Below, piece by piece: positions 39,692 to 48,441 of a stretch of DNA of 64,000 bases. Below the pieces are notes generated by a model, which saw only the letters and a program-made list of their open reading frames with translations, did not search any database and was not told the origin of the DNA. The position numbers were made by a program, and so were the translations under genes. Source of the DNA: Obrimoposthia wandeli. Taxonomy: Eukaryota. The DNA lies in contig CDROCS010006097.1 in the NCBI GenBank assembly GCA_977020255.1, positions 1-64,000 of the forward strand. Reading direction: 5' to 3'. Positions within the stretch are counted from its first letter, which is position 1. Each line of letters begins with the position of its first letter.

Positions 39692-40141
39692 ATGAACTGG
39701 AAGTTAGCGAAAAAGCACTTTGAAGATGATGGAATGCTTGTAGATGTTTACTATGAGCATATGACTAAGTGTGGATGGGAAAAGCTGTTCGGGTGGATTT
39801 CAACTAATTCAAATGTGACATCCATCAATTGCTACATCCCAGCAACTGATAAGAACTTGGAAAAAATACCTAAAGAGGTCGCTGCGTATATTGACGTTAG
39901 CGGATTTTATTGCTTTGTTTCAATATTGGTTGGCGACATAACCTTATTTCTACGGTTTTATGAAAAAGCAGAGTTGGAGTGTGATATTTCACCTTCTGAT
40001 ATTGATAGCGAGGAAAAATTATTTGCTCTCTTAGGTGTCCTTGAGGAAATTAAAATTATTGCTGATTCGCCGCGCTACTTAGTGTGCCCAGAAAATAGTA
40101 AAGAAGGTGCATTTATTGTTAACGGCGAGCTTGTCGCATGA
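39692..40141 (+). CDS. Cassette 6: acidic hypothetical protein
   Basis: 149-aa ORF between attC5 and attC6 (FEDDGMLVDVY..W motif). Confidence 0.72.
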   Translation: MNWKLAKKHFEDDGMLVDVYYEHMTKCGWEKLFGWISTNSNVTSINCYIPATDKNLEKIPKEVAAYIDVSGFYCFVSILVGDITLFLRFYEKAELECDISPSDIDSEEKLFALLGVLEEIKIIADSPRYLVCPENSKEGAFIVNGELVA

Positions 40142-40148
40142 AATTATC

Positions 40149-40208
40149 ACATAACAAAAACAAGCAAGGCGACGCTCGTACCTAGCGCACTTGTTGTTGG
40201 CGTTATAC
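40149..40208 (+). repeat. attC6 (60 bp)
   Basis: ACATAAC..AACAAGCAAG / CTTGTTGTT..GTTATAC. Confidence 0.85.
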
Positions 40209-40223
40209 GCCAAAAGGTAGCCT

Positions 40224-40631
40224 GTGAATCTCATCGAAAAATTTTCACTTCAAGAACATGATTGTGAATATGAGAATCGACCTTTAAAGTCTTTGTTGTA
40301 CTATTGCGAAGAAGCTCTGGGTGTGAAAGTTCCTGGCTACGTAATTGATAAGCAATTTGAATTAGAAGATTACTTTCTTTTATTCATTAGCTGGGATTGC
40401 CCGTTTGAAGAAGGCTGTGAAATTATTGTGCTAAATAAACTTAATAAAATTGTTGGCAGCTACAGTTTCAACCCATTCTATAATAGTTATAATTTACATG
40501 CTGTAGTGGAGCTATCAAAAAATCACTATAAGCTAACTTTTAATAAGTCAGAACATTACGAGGTGATTATAAATTACCCCAAAAAGCACTTATTAAGTAA
40601 AGCCATAACAGTGAGCGGAATTGAAGTATAA
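40224..40631 (+). CDS. Cassette 7: hypothetical protein
   Basis: 135-aa ORF (WDCPFEEG motif) whose stop lies inside R'' of attC7. Confidence 0.72.
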   Translation: MNLIEKFSLQEHDCEYENRPLKSLLYYCEEALGVKVPGYVIDKQFELEDYFLLFISWDCPFEEGCEIIVLNKLNKIVGSYSFNPFYNSYNLHAVVELSKNHYKLTFNKSEHYEVIINYPKKHLLSKAITVSGIEV

Positions 40632-40724
40632 CAAGATAAAAAATAAAGATTCACCAAGGCTTCATGCCGTTTACTGAGAAAGTCGCCGCCAGCGCTTGGT
40701 TCGCTTATTATTAGGGCGTTAATT
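40626..40724 (+). repeat. attC7 (99 bp)
   Basis: GTATAAC..AATAAAG..CCAAG / CTTGG..CTTATT..GTTAATT. Confidence 0.78.
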
Positions 40725-41205
40725 CCGAATCTAAAGAAATCCGTTTTGTGTCAAACGCAGAAACTTATAATCACTAGCATCCCTTATCCAGTATGAAACT
40801 TTACTGAGTTAGAATCTTGATTCCTCCGCTACAAAAAACCTCTATACAGTCATTTATATGAAACGACCTTCTGAACTTGGTCTAGTGCCGATTCCGAGGG
40901 GATGGACATAAAACCACTTGTTAAAAACCCATACAGGTGAGGATTTATGGCGCTCATTCCTTTTGATATTTTATTTCATTACTTATGAAATTCGACATTT
41001 TGCAGATGGTCTAGGACTATGTTGCACATTCATCAACGTGCTTTATGATGAATTATCTTACCTATATATCGGCGACACTCTCGTTTGAATTACTAGTGCT
41101 CGCTAGCGGCCTTAAAGTATATAATTCATCAGCGTACAGTGGCTTTTATCACTAATTTGAATGGTTAATATTCTTTACAATAATAAATTAATGTTGAGGA
41201 CCATC

Positions 41206-42372
41206 CTAATGGTCCGTGTGGTTTTTAAAAGGAAGTAACTCACGTGCTTGGGTTTGATATTCGATTATTGCAGGCGTTTCACGCTGAAGAAAATCCTCGA
41301 TAGCATCGCTGAATTGTGGGTGTGCTATATAGTGGCTAGAGTAGGTGAGGGTAGGTTCAAAGCCGCGTTGTATTTTGTGCTCCCCTTGGGCGCCGGGATC
41401 GAACTGGCCAATCTTGTGTTTGATACAATATTCTAAGCCGTGATAGTAGCAAGTTTCAAAGTGTAAACTGTCGTATTCATCCAAGCATCCCCAATAACGG
41501 CCGTAGAGAATGGACAACTCAGGATCCGTGTTTTTAAAGCATAGGGCGCAAGCGACAATATCACCTTGATGGCTGGCACAGAACATCACTAAGTGTTGCG
41601 GCATAGTCGCCAGTATACGTTGGAAAAAATCAAAGTTGAGATAACCTTGGCGACCGCGTTTGAGATACGTTAGATGGTAACAGTGATAAAAAGCCTTGAG
41701 CTGATCAGTACTGATACTTTCTCCTTCAAGTGTTTCTATCGTGACGAGTTGCTCAGTGACTTTGCGTCGCTCGCGTTTAATTCCCTTGCGCTTACGTGAA
41801 TTAAAACTTTCTAAGTAGTGATCAAAAGATAGATAGTCATGGTTGTACCAGTGGAACTGGCAACCGACTCGCCCTAGTAGCCCTAATTGTTGACGGCTTT
41901 GGTTTTCTTTTTCAGGGTGGAACAGGCTGTGCCAACTAGAAATACCTCGCAGCTGACAAATGCTTTTAATCTGCTCGATAAAATGGACCAATAGGTCACT
42001 GTGGCAATGTTGGCTGACAAGTCTAGGGCCGTTGCAGGGACTAAAGGGTATGGCATTAAGTAACTTGGGGTAGTAGGCGATATCATTACGTTGATAAGCG
42101 TCAGCCCAAGCCCAGTCAAATACGTACTCGCCATAGGAGTTTTCTTTTAAGTACATTGGCATCACAGCGATCATCAGGGCAGAGGGCAGTTCAGAATCAA
42201 AGAGTGCGAGGTGATATGGTTGCCAGCCGGTTTTTTTATCACAACACTGACTCTCTTCCAAAGCGGCAAGGAAAGCGTATTGCAGAAAAGGGTAGTGTGA
42301 CGGCGCCAGCTGATCCCACTGTGGTTTTCCGATATCTGATATTTTATGAAAGACTTTAAAAGAATATTGCAT
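41206..42372 (-). CDS. FemAB-like GNAT protein (DUF482 type)
   Basis: YLKENSYGEYVFDWAWA, QFHWYN, YGRYWGC, LHFETCYY, GAQGEHKIQRGF. Confidence 0.85.
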   Translation of the reverse strand: MQYSFKVFHKISDIGKPQWDQLAPSHYPFLQYAFLAALEESQCCDKKTGWQPYHLALFDSELPSALMIAVMPMYLKENSYGEYVFDWAWADAYQRNDIAYYPKLLNAIPFSPCNGPRLVSQHCHSDLLVHFIEQIKSICQLRGISSWHSLFHPEKENQSRQQLGLLGRVGCQFHWYNHDYLSFDHYLESFNSRKRKGIKRERRKVTEQLVTIETLEGESISTDQLKAFYHCYHLTYLKRGRQGYLNFDFFQRILATMPQHLVMFCASHQGDIVACALCFKNTDPELSILYGRYWGCLDEYDSLHFETCYYHGLEYCIKHKIGQFDPGAQGEHKIQRGFEPTLTYSSHYIAHPQFSDAIEDFLQRETPAIIEYQTQARELLPFKNHTDH

Positions 42373-42496
42373 AGGAGTTTCGCAGCGCTGATGGTTGTTT
42401 GTTAAGATGGATAAAACATTAGATACTATAGTAAATTCAACAAGATCTGTAGGTTGAGTTGATTATAAAAACGCTACCCAACGCGGAGAAAAATTC

Positions 42497-42943
42497 ATGG
42501 ACCAATTAGAATACGAATTTGTGCTCGATGCACAGATCGCCAGCGACTGTATATTCCTCGGAGAGTTACCTTTATGTCGTGTGTTATTAATGAATGATAG
42601 CCAGTTTCCATGGTTTATTTTAGTCCCGCGCCGCGCCGGTGTTTCTGAGCTATATCACTTATCTTTGCAGGATCGCCAGCAAATGATGGTGGAGTCTTGT
42701 GATTTGAGTGCGGCATTGGCAGATGGTTACAACGCGGACAAAATGAATGTAGCCAATCTAGGTAATATGGTTAAACAATTACACATTCACCACGTGGTAC
42801 GCTACCAAAGTGACGTAGCTTGGCCTGCACCTATTTGGGGTAAACAAGAGCGCGTGCCCTATAGTACTGAGCAAATTGCCGAAATTAAGCTAAAAGTGGC
42901 CAGCTTATTGGAAGAAGAACTCAGTTATCGCCCAGTGGTTTGA
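42497..42943 (+). CDS. HIT family protein
   Basis: LMNDSQFPWFILVPR, NVANLGNMVKQLHIHHVVR, WPAPIWG. Confidence 0.9.
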   Translation: MDQLEYEFVLDAQIASDCIFLGELPLCRVLLMNDSQFPWFILVPRRAGVSELYHLSLQDRQQMMVESCDLSAALADGYNADKMNVANLGNMVKQLHIHHVVRYQSDVAWPAPIWGKQERVPYSTEQIAEIKLKVASLLEEELSYRPVV

Positions 42944-43206
42944 CGAATAGGGTCGCCGCAGCCCTTAACCCAGTCACAGTCACTGGGATGTGTCGTTTAA
43001 TCATTCGCAAGAAAAGTAGAGTGAGTCTCATTTTTAGCGGTAATGACAGCGTAAGTTATTCAAGAGAGCTTCACCCGTAGATAAGTATTCTCTTGCGTTC
43101 TTTTTAGTCCCTTTGTCTCCCTTTGCTTATATGAGTTTGCACAGCATATGGATGCCTTGAATCTATTGAGGTATAATCCGGCCTTTGCTTATTTTGGAAC
43201 AAAGAA

Positions 43207-43437
43207 ATGCCTATTTTTGACTTTGAATGCGGCCAGTGTGGTCATGTGTTTGAAAAATTGGTGTTGCGCTCAGATGCGCCTGCCCCTAAATGCCTATCAT
43301 GTGAAAGTGAACAGGTAGAGAAAAAAATCTCAGCACCCGCATTTCGCTTAGCCGGTGGAGGTTGGTATGAGACTGACTTTAAAACGGGCGCTAAAAAGAA
43401 CTTAGCCGCAGGCAGCGATAGCGCCAGCGACAGTTAG
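43207..43437 (+). CDS. FmdB family zinc-ribbon protein
   Basis: MPIFDFECGQCG..CLSC..F.L.GGGWYETDF. Confidence 0.88.
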   Translation: MPIFDFECGQCGHVFEKLVLRSDAPAPKCLSCESEQVEKKISAPAFRLAGGGWYETDFKTGAKKNLAAGSDSASDS

Positions 43438-43521
43438 CGATTTATTTTGCTAACAAGATAACATTCTGTGGTACTAGAGCCACTCCCTAACAATATTAGA
43501 TAGATTCAATAGGATATTACT

Positions 43522-45291
43522 ATGCGCAGCCATTATTGTGGCGACTTGCGAAAAGAGCAAGTTGGTGAAGAAATTACGTTAGTCGGTTGGGTTCATCGCC
43601 GTCGAGATCACGGTGGAGTTATCTTCCTAGATGTCCGTGATCGTGAGGGTATTTCACAGGTAGTTTTTGATCCGGATCGCGAAGAGAGTTTCGCAATAGC
43701 TAACTCAGTGCGCAATGAATACGTTATCGAGCTGAAAGGCCTAGTACGCAACCGCCCAGATGGCACGGTTAATCCCGATATGCCTACAGGCGAAATCGAA
43801 GTACTGGGTAAAGAGTTAGTCATCTTAAATAAATCTGAAACGCCGCCGTTCCAGTTGGATGATCATCAGCAAGTGGGTGAAGATGTTCGCCTAAAAAATC
43901 GTTTTATCGATTTACGTCGTCCAGAGATGCAGCAAAAACTCCGTCTGCGTGCAGCGGTAAGCTCGTCCATTCGCCGTTTCCTCGATGACAATGGTTTCCT
44001 TGATATAGAAACACCTATCTTGACACGTGCTACGCCTGAAGGCGCACGTGACTATATATTACCTAGTCGTACTCACGAAGGTAGCTTCTTTGCTTTGCCG
44101 CAATCACCACAGTTGTTCAAACAAATGTTGATGGTTTCAGGCTTCGATAAATACTATCAAATAGCTAAGTGTTTCCGCGATGAAGATTTACGCGCTGACC
44201 GCCAACCAGAATTTACCCAAATTGATATAGAAACTTCGTTCCAAGACGAAGATCAAATCATGGGTATGGCTGAAGAAATGATCACTGGCTTGTTCAAAGA
44301 CAAGTTAGATATTGATTTGGGAAATTTCCCGCGCATGACATATGCCGATGCGATGTCACGTTTTGGCTCCGACAAGCCTGATTTACGTATTCCGTTAGAG
44401 TTAGTCGATGTTGCTGATTTAATGGCAGACATTGAATTTAAGGTTTTCGCAGGTCCGGCTAATGATCCGAAAGGTCGGGTTGCCGCACTTAAAGTTCAAG
44501 GTGGTGCTAAACTGACCCGTAAGAATATCGACGATTACACTAAGTTCGTCAGTATCTATGGTGCTCGTGGTTTGGCATGGATTAAAGTTAATGCACTGGC
44601 AGAAGGTGCTGCAGGTTTACAATCGCCGATTGTTAAGTTCCTAGGTGAAGATGTTGCGATGAAAATCATGGAGCGTTTAGGTGCTCAAGATGGTGATATC
44701 GTATTCTTCGGTGCAGACAAAACTAATATCGTAAACGAAGCACTCGGTGCATTACGTATTAAAGTGGGTACTGATCTTGAGATGCTAACTTCGCAGTGGG
44801 CGCCATTGTGGGTTGTTGACTTCCCGATGTTTGAAGAGACATCTGCTGGTGGCATTACTGCGATTCACCATCCGTTTACCGCACCAAGCTGTTCTCCAGA
44901 AGAGCTTGAAGCTAGCCCATTGACAGCCTTGTCACGTGCTTATGATATGGTACTTAACGGTTGCGAGCTCGGTGGTGGTTCTATTCGTATACATAAGCAG
45001 GAGATGCAAAAAACTGTTTTCCGCTGCTTAGGTATTAGCGATGAAGAAGCTGAAGAAAAGTTCGGCTTTTTACTGAATGCCCTTAAGTACGGTGCTCCAC
45101 CGCACGGTGGTTTAGCATTCGGTCTTGACCGTTTGATCATGTTGATGACAGGTACTGAGTCTATTCGTGAAGTTATCGCTTTTCCGAAAACACAGACAGC
45201 TGCATGTCCATTGACCAATGCACCCGGTGCGGTGAGTAGTGCTCAATTAAAAGAATTGAACATTAGATTGCGTGAAAAAATCAAAGTATAA
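43522..45291 (+). CDS. aspS: Aspartate--tRNA ligase
   Basis: [50 protein letters not shown]. Confidence 0.98.
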   Translation: MRSHYCGDLRKEQVGEEITLVGWVHRRRDHGGVIFLDVRDREGISQVVFDPDREESFAIANSVRNEYVIELKGLVRNRPDGTVNPDMPTGEIEVLGKELVILNKSETPPFQLDDHQQVGEDVRLKNRFIDLRRPEMQQKLRLRAAVSSSIRRFLDDNGFLDIETPILTRATPEGARDYILPSRTHEGSFFALPQSPQLFKQMLMVSGFDKYYQIAKCFRDEDLRADRQPEFTQIDIETSFQDEDQIMGMAEEMITGLFKDKLDIDLGNFPRMTYADAMSRFGSDKPDLRIPLELVDVADLMADIEFKVFAGPANDPKGRVAALKVQGGAKLTRKNIDDYTKFVSIYGARGLAWIKVNALAEGAAGLQSPIVKFLGEDVAMKIMERLGAQDGDIVFFGADKTNIVNEALGALRIKVGTDLEMLTSQWAPLWVVDFPMFEETSAGGITAIHHPFTAPSCSPEELEASPLTALSRAYDMVLNGCELGGGSIRIHKQEMQKTVFRCLGISDEEAEEKFGFLLNALKYGAPPHGGLAFGLDRLIMLMTGTESIREVIAFPKTQTAACPLTNAPGAVSSAQLKELNIRLREKIKV

Positions 45292-45315
45292 AGCGTATTA
45301 AGGTTTATGTTTTAT

Positions 45316-45340
45316 AACGCAGCCTTTTGGCTGCGTTTTT
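45316..45340 (+). terminator. Rho-independent terminator of aspS
   Basis: AACGCAGCC-TTTT-GGCTGCGTT followed by T's. Confidence 0.75.
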
Positions 45341-45573
45341 GTTTGTAGCACTGATTGATGCATAAGATAGGTGAGTTAACAGCGTAATGGCTGTGGGACC
45401 TGCGAATATAGCGATCAGATAAGTGTTTATCATAATGGGATCTAATGGATGGACCATCAATTGTTGCTAATCGACAACACTGATTGTTTTAATGATGTGC
45501 AATCGTTTTACCGCAAGCGCTAATCTCAAGGCGCTATTAGCACTAAGATTTTAAATTAGGCATCTAGGTTGTC

Positions 45574-46482
45574 ATGAAACCAAAAAACAAAAGTGAATCA
45601 ACTAAAGGACAGCTCCATCCACGTAACCCTCATCGTGGACGCTATGATATTGCGGCGCTTGTGAAACACTGTCCAATGCTTAGTGAGTGGCTACGTGTTA
45701 ATCCACGCGGTGAGCAGAGCATTGACTTTAGCAGTGATCAAGCAGTGCGCCTGCTTAATCAGGCGCTACTGGCGCAGCACTATCATATAGCGCACTGGAA
45801 TATACCCAGTGGTTATCTGTGCCCACCTATACCTGGGCGTGCGGACTACATACACTACGCGGCGGACTTATTAGCTGAACATGATAAAAAACCTCGGGTA
45901 TTAGATATAGGGACAGGGGCCAACTGCATTTATCCCATATTGGGTGTCTGCAGCTATCAGTGGCGGGTAGTTGCCAGTGATATTGACCCAGTGTCAGTGC
46001 GGAGCGCACAGTTAATTGTCGATAGTAATAGAGTGTTAAAAGGTAAGATAGCTGTGCGTTTGCAAAGTGATAGCAACGCGTTTTTTAGCAATGTAATTGC
46101 TGTTGGAGAGTACTTTGATTTAACGCTGTGCAACCCACCGTTTCATGCGTCCCAAGCTCAGGCAGATGCGGCAACTACACGTAAACAGCAAAATTTAACA
46201 CCAACTAAAACAAGCGATCCTGTCGCTGCTGGCCGTAATTTTGGCGGTCAACAAAGTGAGCTTTGGTGTCGTGGTGGTGAAATTCACTTCCTCAAGGAAA
46301 TGTGCAAGGAAAGTGTTCGTTTTGCCAGCCAAGTGGGATGGTTTAGCAGTTTAGTATCAAAGCGTGAAAATATTAGTCCGTTGCGCCAGTTGTTAACAAA
46401 ATTGGGTGTTAAAGAAATAAAAGTCATTGATATGGCCCAGGGACAAAAAGTGAGCCGTATGCTGGCGTGGCGCTTTCACTGA
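45574..46482 (+). CDS. rlmF: 23S rRNA m6A1618 methyltransferase
   Basis: LHPRNPH, LCPPIPGRADY, LDIGTGANCIYP, CNPPF, NFGG. Confidence 0.93.
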   Translation: MKPKNKSESTKGQLHPRNPHRGRYDIAALVKHCPMLSEWLRVNPRGEQSIDFSSDQAVRLLNQALLAQHYHIAHWNIPSGYLCPPIPGRADYIHYAADLLAEHDKKPRVLDIGTGANCIYPILGVCSYQWRVVASDIDPVSVRSAQLIVDSNRVLKGKIAVRLQSDSNAFFSNVIAVGEYFDLTLCNPPFHASQAQADAATTRKQQNLTPTKTSDPVAAGRNFGGQQSELWCRGGEIHFLKEMCKESVRFASQVGWFSSLVSKRENISPLRQLLTKLGVKEIKVIDMAQGQKVSRMLAWRFH

Positions 46483-46575
46483 ATCGTTATCTTGATGCGA
46501 TGATGCAAGTCGGATTATATCTGGACAAGTGTATCGAGGCGCACGATTAGGCGCTGATTTAATAAAGGAGAGAGC

Positions 46576-47169
46576 ATGCAAGAGCTACAGCAGCAGTTAG
46601 ATTTTATTTTAGAGTTAGATCGATTAAAGGCCGTTTATCGTCAAACCATGGTTAAATCGGATCAAAATCGCCGGGAAAATAGTGCTGAGCACAGTTGGCA
46701 TATTGCAATGATGGCAAATGTGCTGTGTCCATATGCGCAAGAAAAGGTTGAGATTGGACGTGTAGTCAATATGTTGCTTATACACGATATTGTCGAAATT
46801 GACGCCGGGGATACTTTTGCTTTCGCAGCGCAACAAGAACTCGATGGTCAAGAAGATAAGGAGCTTAAAGCAGCAGAGCGAATTTTTGGCTTGTTACCAG
46901 ATACCCAAAGTGAATTGATGAAAACCTTATGGTTCGAGTTTGAAGCCGCTGAAACTGCCGATGCTAGATTTGCTAAAGCGATGGACCGTGTTTTACCGCT
47001 ATTACAGAATATGGCGAATGAGGGGGGTAGCTGGTCGAAGCATCAAGTGAAAAAGACACAAGTGTTGAATCGTAATAAATACTTGCAAGGATTAGCGCCC
47101 AAATTGTGGGAGTATGCCTGCGAGCAAATAGATACAGCTGTCAATAAGGGTTGGTTGATCGATCAGTAG
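46576..47169 (+). CDS. HD domain phosphohydrolase (HD_3 type)
   Basis: RENSAEHSWH, LLIHDIVEIDAGD, EFE..ET.DARFAKAMDR. Confidence 0.85.
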   Translation: MQELQQQLDFILELDRLKAVYRQTMVKSDQNRRENSAEHSWHIAMMANVLCPYAQEKVEIGRVVNMLLIHDIVEIDAGDTFAFAAQQELDGQEDKELKAAERIFGLLPDTQSELMKTLWFEFEAAETADARFAKAMDRVLPLLQNMANEGGSWSKHQVKKTQVLNRNKYLQGLAPKLWEYACEQIDTAVNKGWLIDQ

Positions 47170-47388
47170 ATCAAAACAGTCATATGCGAGGACAGTTTAA
47201 CTGTCTTTTCTGTGTTACTTCTATTTTTCTATGTCCATGGTAAACTTAGTATCAGATAGATCGACCTTTACCGTTCAGGATTGTTGGCTGATAGACCATC
47301 TCAAGTTTAAGACAAGATAGTGTGATAAGTCCTCTAGATATATAGCGCTTTTAGTTAATAGAGCGTTGTAGTTATAAAAGGAGCACCT

Positions 47389-48441
47389 ATGAAGTTTCTC
47401 TTCAGTACATTTATTTTTACTCTAATGATCGCTTCTCCATTACGTGCAGAAACATTACGTTTGCTTAACTGGGAAGGTTATCTCAGTGAAAGAGTGACAG
47501 CGTTATGGCAGCAGCAGGGACACAGTCTCGAAGTCATTCTCTTTGATAATGATGAGAAGCGAGATGCTATTTTAATCAATGCGAAAAAAAACAGAATAGA
47601 TGTGGCTGTTGTCGATGAAACAGTGGGTAAACTCTTTGGTCAAGAAGGTCGCCTACTAAAAGTTAACGAAAGTAATGTGCCTTCATTAGCACAGATAGAT
47701 CCTTTTTGGCGTGACCGCTGCGGTAAATATGCAGTACCGTATTTATGGGGTACTTTAGGTATCGCCTATCGTTCTGATGTGGTCAATTTGCCACCGAATA
47801 GCTGGCGAGATATTTTGGAGCCGAACGATGCGTTAAAAGGTCATATTGGCATGATGGATGATTTTACAGATATGCTGGCCCCGGCACTCTTTATGAAAGG
47901 CTTCTCCGTAAACACAGAGAATAAAGCGGAATTAAAGCAGGTGTTTAATGTACTGAAGCGCCAAGCTCCTAATGTGCTTACTTACGAATATCCCATTACC
48001 TTCCTCACTAATAGTGCTAAAGCGGACCAGTTATATATGGCTTTAGTTTATGGTGGTGATCAATCGATGATGAATGAAAGAGCTGGGGTTGAAGGGCTTT
48101 GGAAGTATGTGGTGCCAAAAGAGGGAACGTTACTTTGGGTAGATTGCCTCGCCGTGAGCAGTAATACACAACATAAAGATCTCGCGTTCAAATTCTTAAA
48201 CTTTCTAAGTCAGGCTGACATAGCGGCAAAAAACGCAGAAGACTTATATGTGGCTACGCCGAACAACGCAGCTAAATTACTATTGTCTGAGGCCTTTAGG
48301 AAGGATGGCGAAGTGTTCCCCAAAGACAGTATCATTGAGCGTAGCCAACTTTATCAAATGTTGACTAGTGATAACATAAAATTGCGTTTACGTATCACCA
48401 ATGCAGTAGTGAATATTTATGAATCTAGCAAAGCGCGCTAG
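47389..48441 (+). CDS. nspS: NspS-like polyamine-sensing periplasmic binding protein (PotD/PotF family)
   Basis: LNWEGY, FDNDE, CGKYAVPYLWGTLGIAYR, PKEGTLLWVD; overlaps the downstream sensor; no ABC permease or ATPase nearby. Confidence 0.78.
   Translation: MKFLFSTFIFTLMIASPLRAETLRLLNWEGYLSERVTALWQQQGHSLEVILFDNDEKRDAILINAKKNRIDVAVVDETVGKLFGQEGRLLKVNESNVPSLAQIDPFWRDRCGKYAVPYLWGTLGIAYRSDVVNLPPNSWRDILEPNDALKGHIGMMDDFTDMLAPALFMKGFSVNTENKAELKQVFNVLKRQAPNVLTYEYPITFLTNSAKADQLYMALVYGGDQSMMNERAGVEGLWKYVVPKEGTLLWVDCLAVSSNTQHKDLAFKFLNFLSQADIAAKNAEDLYVATPNNAAKLLLSEAFRKDGEVFPKDSIIERSQLYQMLTSDNIKLRLRITNAVVNIYESSKAR

Larger units (their letters stand above)
36510..40724 (+). mobile_element. Defective chromosomal integron (intI relic, attI, 7-cassette array); effectively a CALIN
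   Basis: Seven attC sites whose R'' matches the GTTRRRY core opening the same cassette; co-oriented single-gene cassettes; intI 5' relic and LexA box divergent from attI. Confidence 0.9.

Noticed and set aside
37237-40724. Regularly recurring palindromic repeats considered as a CRISPR array or REP elements
   Set aside because: Spacing is gene-sized, repeats differ in length and sequence, and all carry RYYYAAC/GTTRRRY ends; they are attC sites. No cas genes.
40725-41205. Possible IS end or eighth cassette after attC7
   Set aside because: No transposase fragment, paired terminal repeats, ORF or attC found by eye.
45292-45573. aspS not followed by yebC-ruvCAB as in Pseudomonas
   Set aside because: An ordinary lineage-level synteny difference with no mobile-element signature.
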